In this document: positions 13,201 through 25,762 of the stretch, one piece after another
Layout: the number at the start of each line of letters is the position of its first letter
How positions within the stretch are numbered: position 1 is the stretch's first letter
Assembly (NCBI GenBank): GCA_030704615.1
Contig: CM060734.1
Location: 28,892,001-28,956,000 of the forward strand
Reading direction: 5' to 3'
From: Takakia lepidozioides
Taxonomy: Eukaryota > Plantae > Bryophyta
DNA: 64,000 nucleotides
Position numbers and translations under genes: made by a program
The notes under the pieces: model-generated
The model's database searches: none
Seen by the model: only the letters and a program-made list of their open reading frames with translations
Told to the model about the DNA's origin: nothing

Positions 13201-16200
13201 TCTTCACCACCTTGCATACGAAAACCTTTAAATTCAGAATATATGCCTTCTAATGGGGTAGTTGGGACTAATGTGAATTTATTGGGGGTGCCAACAGCAA
13301 TGTGCGAAACAACAATCTAACAGGGCCCATTCCAGACAGTATTGGCAACTGCACGTCTTTCCAAATCATGTATCCAGCCTTTCCCCACAGATGTAGGCGA
13401 TAACTTTGAAGTCAGCAACCTTGATTGAGTGAATTTTACCACTGCATGTCACCAAAGTTGCTGCAGTGTCTCCGTGCTTCTGCATTTATGCAAGTAGTAG
13501 TGCACTGAGGCTTTTGAAGCTACTACTTTTGGCAGGGATCTGAGCTACAATGACTTGACTGGAGAGATTCCCTACAATATAGGCTATCTTCAAGTGAGCA
13601 CATTGTAAGTGTGTCCTGTACTTAAAAGGTATTCAATATTGCTTGTGGCCAAAGTGTCGAGAGTATGGGGATGTGGAGAACCCTGGGGTGGTTTTGGTAA
13701 TACATACTAAGGCAGGCGAATGTGTTTTGTCAGGTCCCTTGAAGGCAATAGGTTTACTGGAAGAATACCCGATGTGCTTGGACTGATGCAAGCCCTGGTG
13801 ATTTTGTAAGTTGTTCCATGTCGATGCTTACATCTATCACTGTATTATGTTGCTTCCTTCTAGTAACTTAGCTGTGCCTCTGCTATTCATGTGCAGTTGG
13901 TTTAGCACAGGATGTGGGTGATCTAAGTCCTCAGTTAGACAGTTTTCTTCAATGAACCAAATCAATGTAGCTTTTCCATTGGTCCCATGTTAGGACATGA
14001 TTTAAGTGCTGGTCAGATAAAGTTTCCACTCCTGTACCTGATCTTTCTTTGTGTTCTGCAGAGACCTTAGTGGAAATCGGTTCGAGGGGGCTATCCCTCC
14101 AATACTTGGAATTCTCACGTCTCTAACCAAATTGTAAGAAGCTAACACTTGGAGGTTTCAGCCAGATACGAACTAGATGTATCAAAAGATGGTGGGTTAG
14201 AACCTGTTGGCCATTCTCTCGAGTTGGATGCTCCTTTTACTATTAATATCTTTGTGCATTGCTCTGACCAATTCTGGAATATTCTTTGCAGGTACTTGTA
14301 TGACAACCTTCTGAAGGGATCCATTCCCCCTGAGCTTGGAGACATGTCAAGGCTGAATTACTTGTAAGACCCACATGGCTATCTCTAGGTATTTTGGGTT
14401 TTGTAAAGTAGTGATTGAAGTTTAACCTGCGTTGCTGAGACACTCTCTATTTGTGTGCTGTGCAGAGAACTTGACAGAAATCAACTCAGTGGCGAGATCC
14501 CTCCCGAGTTTAGCAGTCTCACTGATCTCTTTGAACTGTGAGACAAACAACTTTTCCTTGGGTTTGTTAGGCACCTTCTGTTCCTCTATGCTTCCTTAAG
14601 TTTTTCCTTGGTAAAAATGAACCTAGTAGCCAGTGTTCAGAGCTGTACTATCCCTTGTCTCCTCATTCATCACTTGCCGGTTCTTCATTTACAGTAAGGC
14701 TGAGGGTATAGAACACTCACCTCACAGGATCCCTTTTCTATATGGGATCCTCGTTAATAACTGCATTAGACATGTTCAGTGCTACTAGGATCTAAAAATG
14801 CTTTGAAACCAGAGCCTCTCTTCAAGAAATAACTGACCAAAGGGTTCTGGATGGCTTGGCCAGGAAGCTTTCAGACAATAATCTAACCGGACCAATCCCA
14901 GAGAACATCAGCTCCCTGGCAGCATTAAATGTCATGTAAGATTGTCTCTCAATCTCCTCATGCCTTTGCACATCGAATGCAACTATTGCATGTATGAAAT
15001 CCGTTGCTTTACCATTTTTCTTTTTGTATGGCTTCACTTGCTGGGTCTGATTTCTTCTTTGTGTTGTCTGTTGAATTAAAGGCTAAATATGTTATCTCCA
15101 TGTCTCATCCCTTGGGTACTTTCCTGTGCTGGCTCAGGTCCCTTGGAAGGCCTAACAACCATTTCACATCAAGTTGTGGGTTTAAGGGGTGTCAATAAAA
15201 TTTATTTTTCATTGGTTTTAAAATCATTAAACCAATTTGGACGCTCCGCTTAGACTTGAGATATGTGACATCCACAGGTGTAATTGTTCACCTGGTATTA
15301 TCTAATTTGTCAGGGATTTGCATGGGAACTTCCTGAATGGGACCATCCTACCTCAGCTTGCAAGACTTGACAATCTCACCTACCTGTAAGTGATCATGTG
15401 GCCCCAGTTATTGAGTGCTCTCTTAACCTTGTACTCAAACCCCTTTTGATCTATATGCACACATTATGTGTTGTCAACTTGGTTGTTATTGAATTTGTGT
15501 TACATTCTCAATATACCCACCCTCTTCATACCACGCTTCTGTAGCCTAACAGTCTGCTTTGATGTTAGAAATTTATCTTCCAATCTCTTCACGGGGAGCA
15601 TTCCGGAGGAGATAGGGAATATCCTGAACCTTGACAAATTGTAAGTGCACCTTACCAGCTCCTTTCATTTGTTGGGATTTCTCAAAGATTTCACGGATGC
15701 ATTCCCTGTCTAGTATAGAAAGTCCAGCAAACAGATGAAGGTAGGTCTCTTTTAGGCTGAATCAATTTTGTTCAGCTTTTTGAGCTGAGGTGGAAGTCTT
15801 AACAGCAGGTGGGGTTGTTTTTTCCACCCAGACCATATAAGGCCATGTGTAGCGCTGTGTAACATTTAAGGATGTGTTGCATGCTTTGAGAGTCTGTTCT
15901 AACCGAAATCCGGTGACATTGTTTGTGCAGGGATTTGTCACCCCTGACGTTAACCCTAACACCAGATTGTTGTAATTCAGAGCTCTAGGTATTTAGCATT
16001 TGTCGATTCTGTATATGAACCTAAGCTTTCCATCGTCACCATCATGAAGGTCTCAGTAAGTTGTTAGCCATGCTTGGTTGGAGATTCTTGGATTGTTCTA
16101 TTTCTGGAGAAGTCTGGATAGAGTTCAAGGCTGAATTTTCTGGATAGCATGGTTATAGGTCTTGACAGGACACTAAAATGTAAAGAAGATGCGATCTGAA

Positions 16201-19200
16201 ATCAACACGACAGCTGCATCGTTCCTGCTGCCTGAACTGGATGTTCTAAAGAGTATAGCTAGGAAATCATGTGTGATTGAGGCTATTTTATTGCTTTCAA
16301 GCTGTCAAATTTGTAGCATGTCATGAATTGGCTGTGTAGGTCTCATTTGCGAGTGCGCCTTGAAATAATCCAGATTTGACATTGATCAACCGTTGGGATG
16401 CTTGGAGTCACAAGCATTGGCTTTGATTATCATACCGTTAGATGAGAACTGCAATGAGCCCACATTCCTTAGGTAAGGTTATTCATGAAGGGTATGTTTT
16501 TTGCACGAGCTCTGGCGGGTTTTGAATACTGATGTGTATTGGTGAACAAATGCTTATACCATTAGGTGTGTTCTTTCTCTCTCTCTCTCTCTCTCTCAGT
16601 ATCCTTGGCAGAACTTCTAGGTCTAACAGTGAGGGGTCCTCTGATGAATGGAAGGACACAGTTGGTAAAACTGTTCCTATGATTCAAAACAGCCCTGATG
16701 AACTGGAGTATATTTCAAAAGCCTACAACGCTCCCATTAGTTCTTCTGAGATTGTGGAAGTAATTGAACATCTAAATGGATATAAAGCAGGTGGTCCTGA
16801 TGGCATAGTCAACGAGCTTATCAAGCACGGTGGCGATCCCATGATAGAGGCCCTAGTTCTCCTCTTTAACCTTATCTGGAAGACTGAAATGAACCCCTTT
16901 CGCTGGCGACAGGGGGTCATTGTCAATCTATATAAGAAGGGTGACAGAGAAGACCCGGGGAACTATTGTGGCATCACGCTTCTCAATGCTGTTGGCAAGA
17001 TATTTTGCAGAGTTATAAGTACTCGACTCGAGGTTGATCTGGAATCTAGAGGCTGTTTTCACGAAGGCCAAGCTGGCTTTCGGCGAAACGGACATACCTT
17101 CATCAATTGGCAGCCTCGAGCACTTGCGTATCATGTAATGTTTGTGTACCATGTCTCACTCGACCTTTCAGAGGATAGTTCAATTTACTTCATCAATGTC
17201 TTTTGGTACAACACATCAACAGGAATGAAAACAATGCAGTTGGAGTAAGTGGCCCATGAGCCTGTGCTTGAACCAGGTTTTGGTTCTTTTTCAGAAATTT
17301 GCATGGCAACAAGCTGAGAGGGCAGGTTCCAAAATTTCTCGGCAACTTGACAAGCCTTAACTCACTGTGAGTCTACTGGAGGATTACACTTCTGTGAATC
17401 ATCTGTTCAGACATCATCAGGGAGTTGAATGATCTGTCACTAAGATACTTTGGGGACTGCAGGGATTTGTCACACAACAATTTTCAGGGAGTAATACCAC
17501 CAGAGCTAGGCCAACTTCAGGAATTGGACTCCTTGTGAGATAATTACTGTCCCTTTCTCTTTGGTTGAGTACACATTCAAGGTGTTTTGGACTGATTTCC
17601 TGGATTTGCTGAATGGATTACTTGGGCAACTGGACCTGGTGCAATAGGTGGCAAGATATATGTGGAGATGTAGTTAAGTCAGTAAGGCAGCGTACAAATG
17701 ATCATTGAAATTTTCCAGGAGCTTGGCCTACAATAATCTATCAGGTGCCATTCCAGTGCAGCTTGTGGACTGCTTCAGCCTCAAGTCCATGTAAATTCTA
17801 CTTTCCAGTGGATCCTTTGGATTGATGTGCTCTGCTATTCAGGTTTAACCTTGTGTCTCTCTTATCTGTTTTCCCGATGCATATGCCACAGATGGCACTC
17901 ATCAACATCCATCTCTGCTTGTTTTACACCTTAGACTAACGAAGGGCGAATAAAGCTCTTGTTTCATGATCTCTCTTGTACTATAACCTCTTCAAGCTTT
18001 CCGTGGATGTTATAAAGTATCACTCCTTTATTTCTTTCTTTCTGGTTCTGGCTGTAAGACTATGGGGTGCTCTGCATCAGGGCATGGTATGTATTGATGG
18101 CTTGGTGGTGTCCTGGGTGCTTTTTGTGCTATTTTGCAGGAATCTATCATACAATTATCTTTCCGGCTCAGTTCCTCTTGCTCAAAACTTCTCAAGATTC
18201 CCCCCTAGTAAGTGTGTTTTCTGTGTCTCACGTGAAACCCTTCACCATCTGTTGTTGAAGAAGGAAGTTCGTGAGTATTGCCTCATGTAAGTACTATAGC
18301 ATGATGTACACCCCTGCTCCTTGGTAAGGCAACTAACATCCTGCTGGTGCGAGGCAGTTATTATGGGAATCCAGGACTGTGTGGATTGAGCAATACCTAT
18401 TGTGGATTGGATTCATCGGTTATCCCCCAAGGTTCTGGTATGTATGCCAAACTTTGCATCGTGAAATGTGGCATCACATACATTTATAAGTGGCACTGAC
18501 TTTGTGAAATTTTATATCAAGGTGACAAGGCAATAGATTGAATAGATCCATCCATCCAGTCGCATGTTCTGATCATGGCTGGCAGTGAACTGGCGTCTGA
18601 TCTCGAGGTTGATGATGGTGTTGATTGCCACATAACCAGGTACATTGGGACCATCTGCCACATGGGGCATTGCAATGTCTGCATCGTGCTTGCTTGCCCT
18701 TGCCATATTTGGAATCCTGTGGTGGATGCAGCCCAAGCAGTTCCTGAAAGGCTCCTACAAAAATGGGCAAGGTACCAGATGTCTGACGGCCTAACTAAAT
18801 ACTATGAGCGATCGGTTGGCACTATGCAGTTTTGAATGCAAAGATGTCTGCTGGTATACCAACAATTTGGGGACCAACCAACTGTTTAAACTACGACCAT
18901 TAAGCACATTTAGACTGTTATCCATGAGAACATGTAGTGAGAAAAGTCTCTGTCACTTGGCATGCTGCAGTTTTACATGCACATACTGTAGATGCCATAC
19001 TTGCTGTGAAGAATTGTGGATTGCCAAGTGCTTTAGACAATGAATGCACACAATAGACACAGTCATGCATGAGAACACATTTAGTCGGATGGTATGGTTT
19101 CAAACTTTATTGAGCAGGTTGATGAGTGGGACAAAAGCATCTTCAGTGTTTCAAAGTCTCAAGGTTGTGTAGCCAATATACTGACTGAGTGACAACTGTG

Positions 19201-20711
19201 GTCAGGGCCCCCTAGTGTGGTAATATTCCATTTGGGCATGGCTCCGCAATCGTATGAGGAGATGATGTGGCTCACAGAAAATTTGAGCGACAAGTATTTG
19301 GTGGGGCGAGGTGCCTCCAGTACAGTTTACAAATGCACTCTCAGAAATGGCCACTCTATTGCTATCAAAAAGCTCTTCAATCTCTTTCCGCAAAACATTC
19401 ACGCAATCGAGACAGAGCTACAGACTTTAGCCAACATAAAGCATCGAAATGTTGTCAGTCTACGTGGCTACTCCATGTCTTCTGCAGGCAGCTTTCTTTT
19501 CTATGATTTCATGGAAAACGGCAGCTTGTATGATCTTCTCCATGGTAAGTATGTATAATGTGTTTATTCAAGTGTTTCTTTTTAAACAGTCTATCTTATA
19601 CAACTAGTGGTACAAGTGTTGGAGATAGAAAGAAGCATACATTTCATTCACTGTCGTTTGATCTGCTTACTGACCTTGTTTGGGTCCTGCCTTGACCTGA
19701 CAGGACCAGTGAAGAGGGTGAAGCTGGACTGGAACTCACGTCTGCACATTGCTCTTGGGGCAGCTCAGGGGCTGGCATATCTGCACCAGGACTGCAGTCC
19801 TCTTGTGGTACATCGTGATATCAAGTCATGCAACGTACTGCTGGATGGCCAATTGGAGGCACGTTTGGCAGACTTTGGAATTGCCAGAAATTTGCACTCA
19901 AGCAGGACGCATACTTCCACGTATGTGCTGGGCACCATCGGCTACATCGATCCTGAGTATGCACAGACCTCTCGGTTGAATGAGAAGTCAGATGTGTTCA
20001 GCTTTGGGGTAGTTCTGCTGGAGTTACTCACGGGAAAGAAAGCTCTGGATGATGAAGTCAACCTCCTCAATTGGGTACGTGTGCATTTGTACTCTGCCCC
20101 TTGTCCTAGTTTTCCCTCTTCTGTGAGTCATTGTGCATCGGAAACTGTTGGGTCGAGATCCGCATGTTGGAGGGTGGACATTCACTTCTATCTGAATCTT
20201 TCTGCTAATTTCCCTGAAACTTCAAGCAGGTCGTTGTACGCCAGTGCAATGCTCTTAGAGACATACGTCTGACTTACTACATGTGAGCAAGCCAACAGAA
20301 CGTGTATTAGGCTTGTCAGAACAAATGTCATTGCCCACAGTTCATTGGGTATGGATGCAGGTCAAGTCAAAGGTCGAGAACAGGACAGTTATTGATGCAG
20401 TTGATGCTCACGTGAGAGCCACATGTGCAGATGTTGAGGCCCTAGTGAAGGCACTGAAGCTAGCATTGCTGTGCACAAGGCTGTCCCCAGTTCAGCGACC
20501 CTCCATGTATGATGTGTCCCAAGTGCTGCTGTCAGTTATCCCTGCCTCACCCCCAAGACAAATCGCATCAACCCAAGGTTACCCTGGCACCAAGCAACAG
20601 TGTTACATTGATACCTATAGCAAACAGGCCAAGAATATATCTGCCACTAGCACTACATCCGGGGTAAATTTGTTAGACCAGTTTGAAGATGTCATTTCAC
20701 AGAATGTATGA
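10236..20711 (+). pseudogene. ERL: ERECTA-family (ER/ERL) LRR receptor-like kinase, 27 exons, disrupted
   Basis: Exons: 10236-10332 (signal peptide MTGRWQLLPLTVLILAAALLASFCSAVTLADE), 11130-11265, 11535-11606, 11847-11918, 12220-12291, 12472-12543, 12680-12752, 12961-13032, 13298-13369, 13536-13604, 13734-13805, 14062-14133, 14292-14363, 14466-14537, 14864-14935, 15314-15385, 15569-15640, split exon 15931-15941 + ~17094-17134, 17295-17366, 17463-17534, 17719-17790, 18140-~18211, 18358-18437, 18640-18771 (TM), 19206-19544, 19704-20074, 20361-20711. One LRR per ~72-nt exon. ERECTA signatures GEISPSIG, IYWNE, DMCQLT, IPYNIGYLQV, GLMQAL, TENLSDKY, GTIGYIDPEYAQTSRLNEKSDV, DQFEDVISQN. Lesions: TGA 11866-11868, 73-nt exon 7, insertion in exon 18. 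Confidence 0.93.
15942..17090 (+). mobile_element. 1.15-kb insertion inside LRR exon 18; its 3' half (~16600-17089) is an internal LINE RT fragment (RTE/RTEX/CR1-like, distinct from the L1s here)
   Basis: Encodes KAGGPDGIVNELIKHGG...WRQGVIVNLYKKGDREDPGNYCGITLL...HEGQAGFR; flanked by exon halves encoding DLS and IPSSIGSLEHLRIM. Confidence 0.88.
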
Positions 20712-22122
20712 AGTATCTGTGCAAGAGCATGAGGAAGTTGCATGTGGCTCTCAGCATTCCAGATCCAGAACTTATTGTACAGTTTAAGTGGTAGTCCATG
20801 TGGGATTCCCTATATAGGTAACTTTCAAAGATGGCTTGGCTGGGGAGTAAGATTTCAGTAACCATGAGAACAAATCCCATTTTTAAGTAGACTCAGTCCT
20901 ACTCTGGTGATACTGGAACCTGTGTTCCACATCCCAATGGCACTTACATAGCTGTTGGCTACTATTGCCTTCATTGATTGGTTGAGAGACTAACTTGTTT
21001 ACATCATTGGACATGAGGATCGTGAAGATCTTCCCTGCGAATCCAAGTCTCGAAAGACTCGTCCGGCGTAGTGACCACGATCTTGAAGTCAGTAAGAGAT
21101 TTCTCCAAAAGCTCTAGAGCCCTTTCCTCTAGTTGCCACGATACAATACTGTGTTAGAATGTGTAGAGGGGCAGGAACATTTCCAATCCAAGTTTTGCGG
21201 GGACAGACATTTCAGGGCAGTTGCAGGATTGGGTGGATCAAAAGCGGCACATGTTGAGTCCATTGGAAGTTCATGGATTTTTTTTTTTTGAGTCTATTGC
21301 TTTCAATTTATTCTTAAAAAATAAGATAGTAGTATACATAACATTTTTAGTACACCCTCCTCTAATATTGATAATATTTTTTACTAGATATTTTAAGCGT
21401 TAATGTGAAAAAATATTTAGACTTCAAAATCTAGAGTTTCCAACCACTTGTCCATATACCAGCTGGCACCTCTAGATTATAGGCTCGTATGTCTTTTTAG
21501 TAAAAGACGATACCTCAAAAACCCAAAACAGAAGATGCTAAGGACTAGAGCAAATCAACCTGTTTTTAGGTGTAAAATAGTTCATAGCTCTCAATCCCTA
21601 AGATAACTAGTTCATATAAAAATGGATTTGGGTTGGATTTCAAAAAGGCACCCCTAGTGTGTTTTCCTTTGTGCCATTGTATAAGTGTACATGATGTTTT
21701 TTCAGTCCATAAGATTTTATGTGTAACATCTGCACTCCACAGTAATCAATTTTAAAAGTCCATGACTCTCTGGTACATGATTGTTTTTGCATCTAACAAT
21801 TGGTACACATATCTATTGTAGTTAGAAACCCCACACTACATAAATTTAAATGAAATATTGAGTTGTTGGACAAATATGGGTAAAATCATGGAGGGAGGTC
21901 ACTGCAGAAACTACCATGTTACGCAAAAACTGAGACACCCAGTCCTACAAATACCCCTGAAGGCAGACGCACATGTGCCCAAAATGTGGCTTTGTGGAGC
22001 CACAAGTCCCAAACTTGGTCACTAAAAGGGGTCACGACTCCGGTGTTGTTGTTCTTCTCTCCAAATGGGAAATTGTTTGCCTTGCTTAGAGTTCCAAATC
22101 TCAAGCCACCGCACCTTTGCAG

Positions 22123-22392
22123 GTGAGAAGAATGATGAAGGTCAAAGGGGTTAGAAACGAGCCAGATCGCTGCTACATTGAGGTTGGCAACAGGGTGCAC
22201 ACCTTCATTGTAGATGACAAGTTGTATCCCTGAATTAAGGAAATCCATGCTGAGTTGAGAAGATTGTCTGGGAAGATGAAGGAGGCGGGGTATGTGCCTG
22301 ACAGGTGCTTTGTATTGCATGATGTGGGGGAGGAGGAAAAGGAATTTTCTCTTTGTCACCACAGTGAGAAGCTGGCCATTGGTTTTGGCATA
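22123..22392 (+). pseudogene. Fragment of a DYW-class PPR protein (E2/E+ to start of the DYW deaminase domain)
   Basis: VRRMMKVKGVRNEP...IEVGNRVHTF...GYVPDRCFVLHDVGEEEKEFSLCHHSEKLAIGFGI; internal TGA at 22231; truncated before CxDC and DYW. Confidence 0.92.
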
Positions 22393-22539
22393 TCCACGGG
22401 AAATGATAGTGGGGTCTACCCAGCATAGGTGGGAAGTCAGCCCATAATTGCACTTGACTGAAGGGGTGATATTGGACTGACTTTGGTGACAGTAGATGGA
22501 ATCAGAGTGCTATCCTAATTCTGGGTTTGGGTGGTATGG

Positions 22540-24265
22540 CTGAACGAGATATGGTGTCGTGTTTGCTGCATGAATTCTAGGCTGTCATTGTCAGTTGCTA
22601 GCAACAAGGCAAGGATGTAATTTGTGCAGAGGTATGGAGAGCTGAAGGAGCACGGATGGAGTGTGGGTCCAGATTCATCCAAGAGGGCCGGATTTCAAGC
22701 TTCAGATCACCTATGACTCCCTGTGGAAGGATAGCTATAAGAAACCTGCATGGGTAGATGGTCAACTGGAAGTTGCAGCAACATCGGCACGATTGATAAA
22801 ATCAGGCACAACTCATGAAGGCACCTTCTTCAACACGTTTCACCCTGTTTTTCCCTCTTACCAGAATCGGCCCTAAATGTTGTATTCTGCAAGTTAGCTG
22901 GTTGAATGAACCTTAAATAGTTTGGAGTGACTTTGACATGATACTGCCAATGTGACAACATGATAAGTATCCAGAAACAGGTAACAGAGACGAGGAGAAG
23001 CTGTGGAATGAATACTTTTCTGACCCAGTCAACAGTGGGACAATCGAGCAAAAAGGTGAATGCCTGTTGGATTACAAAGAGTAGCAGATGCAATTGAGCA
23101 TAGGAACTAGAGTGATAAGTTGAGTTGGGTGTTTCCTAGAACAGATGTAGGCTGTCATTGTCAGCTGCTAGCAGCAAGGGAATGATGTATGCATGATTTG
23201 TGTGGAGGCATGGATAGCTGAAGGAGCAGGGACAGAGTGTGGGTCCAGATTCATCCAAGAAGGCCGCATTTCAAGCTCCACATTACCTACGATTCCTTGT
23301 GGAAGGATAGCTACAAGACCTGCATGGGTAGATGGTCAACTGGAAGCCACAGCAACATCGGCGCCACACTTGATAAAATCAGACACTGCTAATGACCTTC
23401 TTCAACACATTTCACCCTATTTTTTCCTCTTATCAAGGACAATGTGGTGATGGCACCTTCTTCTTTGACCTATTTCAGCCTATTTTGCCCTCTCATCAGA
23501 CTCGGCCCTGAGATGCATATTGAATTCAGTAAGTTAGCTCGTTGGGTGGATCTGTGGTGGTTTGGGGTGACTTTGACAAGTAGGGTTGGGTTGTTTGCTG
23601 GAAGAACTTCATGCCGTCAGTGTCAGCTGCTAGCAGCAAGGCTGAGGATGTATTCATGATTGTACACCGGCAGGGATAGCTGAAGGACCAGGGATAGAGG
23701 TCCAGATTTATCCAAGAGGGCCGGATTTCAAACAAGTTTAGGGTCTGATTCCCTATGGATCAGTAGCTACAAGTGGGTAGATGGTCAACTGGAAACAGCA
23801 GTGGCAGCAGCACAATTGGTAGAACAAGGCACTGCTAATGAAGGTACCTTCTTCAACACATCTCCCCTTGTTTTTCCCTGCTATTAGAGTCGTCCCTACA
23901 TTTGCATGTTGAATTCTGCAAGTTAGCTTGTTGGTGGATCCATGGTGGGAGAGTTAGCTTGGTCTTAGCAGGCCGTGTTTCAATCTCTGCCTGTTTTGCC
24001 GCAACAACATCGGTACAATTGATAAAATCAGGCACTGCTAATGAAGACACCTTCTTCAACACATTTCACCCTGTTTTTCCCTCTTATCAGAATCGGTTAG
24101 CTGGTTGAGTGAACCTTTGATAGTTTGAAGTGACTTTGACATGATACTGCCAATGTGACAACAGGAAAGTATCAAAAAACAGGTAACAAAGATGAGGACA
24201 AGCTGTGGAATGAATACTTTTCTGACCCCAGTCAACGGTGGGACAACCGAGGCAAAAAGGTGTAT
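22540..24265 (+). repeat. Diverged, shuffled tandem array (3-4 copies of a ~300-550-bp unit)
   Basis: GTCCAGATTCATCCAAGA, GGGTAGATGGTCAACTGGAA and CCTTCTTCAACAC blocks recur at ~22580, 23150, 23620 and 24000 (partial); a second block at 22893-23058 recurs at 24097-24262. Confidence 0.9.
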
Positions 24266-24287
24266 GTCGTCAATTACCAGATGTCAT

Positions 24288-24404
24288 TATGAATACTTCC
24301 CTGGTGGACATGTATGCCAAATGTGGGTGCATCGAGGATGTAAAGGAGTGTTCAACACTATGGCTGAATGAGATGTGGTGTCGTGGAGTGCGATGCTTGT
24401 AGCC
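24288..24404 (+). pseudogene. PLS-class PPR motif fragment
   Basis: NTSLVDMYAKCGCIED..VFNTMAE*DVVSWSAML, with a frameshift and a stop. Confidence 0.88.
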
Positions 24405-24779
24405 ACCGCGCTACTGTCACAAGACAACTCCCAAACCTCCAGTCCTTGACTGTCAGAATGGGGTAAGGGTTCCCTACCTGCAATTTTCCATTTTGCATGT
24501 CACATCAAGTTTGTGTAATGGTACTTAGACATTCTTAGCGATGTTAGTTTGTTTCACATATGTCAATGTTGCTGTTGCTATATTGCCTGAAAGCTTGCTC
24601 ATGTATCTTTTGTCGTTTTTGGGCTGGATGGCAGTTGAAGGTGGGTGACCAAGTCCGGCCAAGCCAGTGTATGCTTCTTCTACTCAGGGATTTGGAAGTC
24701 TACTAAGACTTTGCAGCTTTGTGCATTTTTGTAGCAGAGGGTTAGATTATGGAACGGATCTCTGAACATTAAGTCACGT

Positions 24780-25544
24780 TGTATTTGAATCGATGTTCCA
24801 ATTTCATATGTGCTTTCATGTTTCAATGGTGTTTTTGTATGTTTTCAATGGTGCTTTCGTGTTTCAATGCTACGATCGTGTACACAACTACTTCCCATCC
24901 ACAAAGCCTCCGCCACGTGCCACTTTCACCCCTCATGTTTGCCCATACTCGTGCCACGTGCAGTATCCAGAGTGCGCCGTGGAAGTCATATGTTCCAGTC
25001 ATAACGACCACCCCACCCCCATCCTGCATAATTTGACTCCACGTGCGGACCTGAGATTAAACGTCTGAAGTCATATATGCCAGTCACGAAAGACCCTCCC
25101 GCTCCATATTGTCATGCCACGTGTCATGTCCAGTCTAATCCACGTGTTGTCCTGGGGTTAATCTGCGGAAGTCACCCTGTCATGCCACGTGTCGTTCTTG
25201 GTATTCTCCACGTGCTGTCCTGGGGTTAATCTGCGGAAGTCGTATATGCCAGTCGTGAAGACCCTGTCGCCTTTCCTTTGACGTGACACGTGGCATATCC
25301 CTTCCATTCCACGTGAAGCTGACATGGATTCACAGTCATTTACTATGGTCCTATCAATGACTATGATTAGGCGTCCTTGTTGCCACGTCAACAGTGAGCT
25401 CCACGACTGGCAGAAACGACTCTATGGCACTTACGACTCATTTGTCACAACTGACTGGGTTTATTTGACTGGGCAGTCATGCAGTCATAAAAGGCTGATA
25501 CGACTGGAAAATAGCAGATGTAAAAGCCGGATTTTGTTATAGTG
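24780..25544. mobile_element. CACTA/EnSpm element right end (left end missing; left boundary approximate)
   Basis: Ends ...GGATTTTGTTATAGTG (reverse complement CACTATAACAAAATCC); clustered subterminal GAAGTCRTAT..CCAGTC and CACGTG repeats; directly abuts the interrupted ORF at 25545. Confidence 0.8.
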
Positions 25545-25762
25545 CATCCTGTACAAATAGCTGCTAATATAAAAGCTTGGGCGGCTTACCACATCCATTG
25601 TTGGGGTGGGGTTGATCTTCAATTTCCTCACTGCCCACATGTAAGCTACCAGCTCCTTGTACTCTAGGGGAGCTTGGCGCCAGAATTCGACCGATTCCGC
25701 CCTTGACCATGTCTCCTCTCTGGCCAATGGCCTCATCCTGTATCTCAAAGGTATGAGCGTTT

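Noticed and set aside
15950-15960. Telomere-like TAACCCTAAC at the insertion junction
   Set aside because: Little more than one unit; not distinguishable from chance.
16532-17248. 238-aa standalone RT gene
   Set aside because: Chimeric frame: RT fragment plus out-of-frame ERECTA exon/intron sequence; lacks the catalytic YxDD region.
21300-21860. Possible MITE in the AT-rich stretch after the kinase gene
   Set aside because: No TIR or TSD could be identified.
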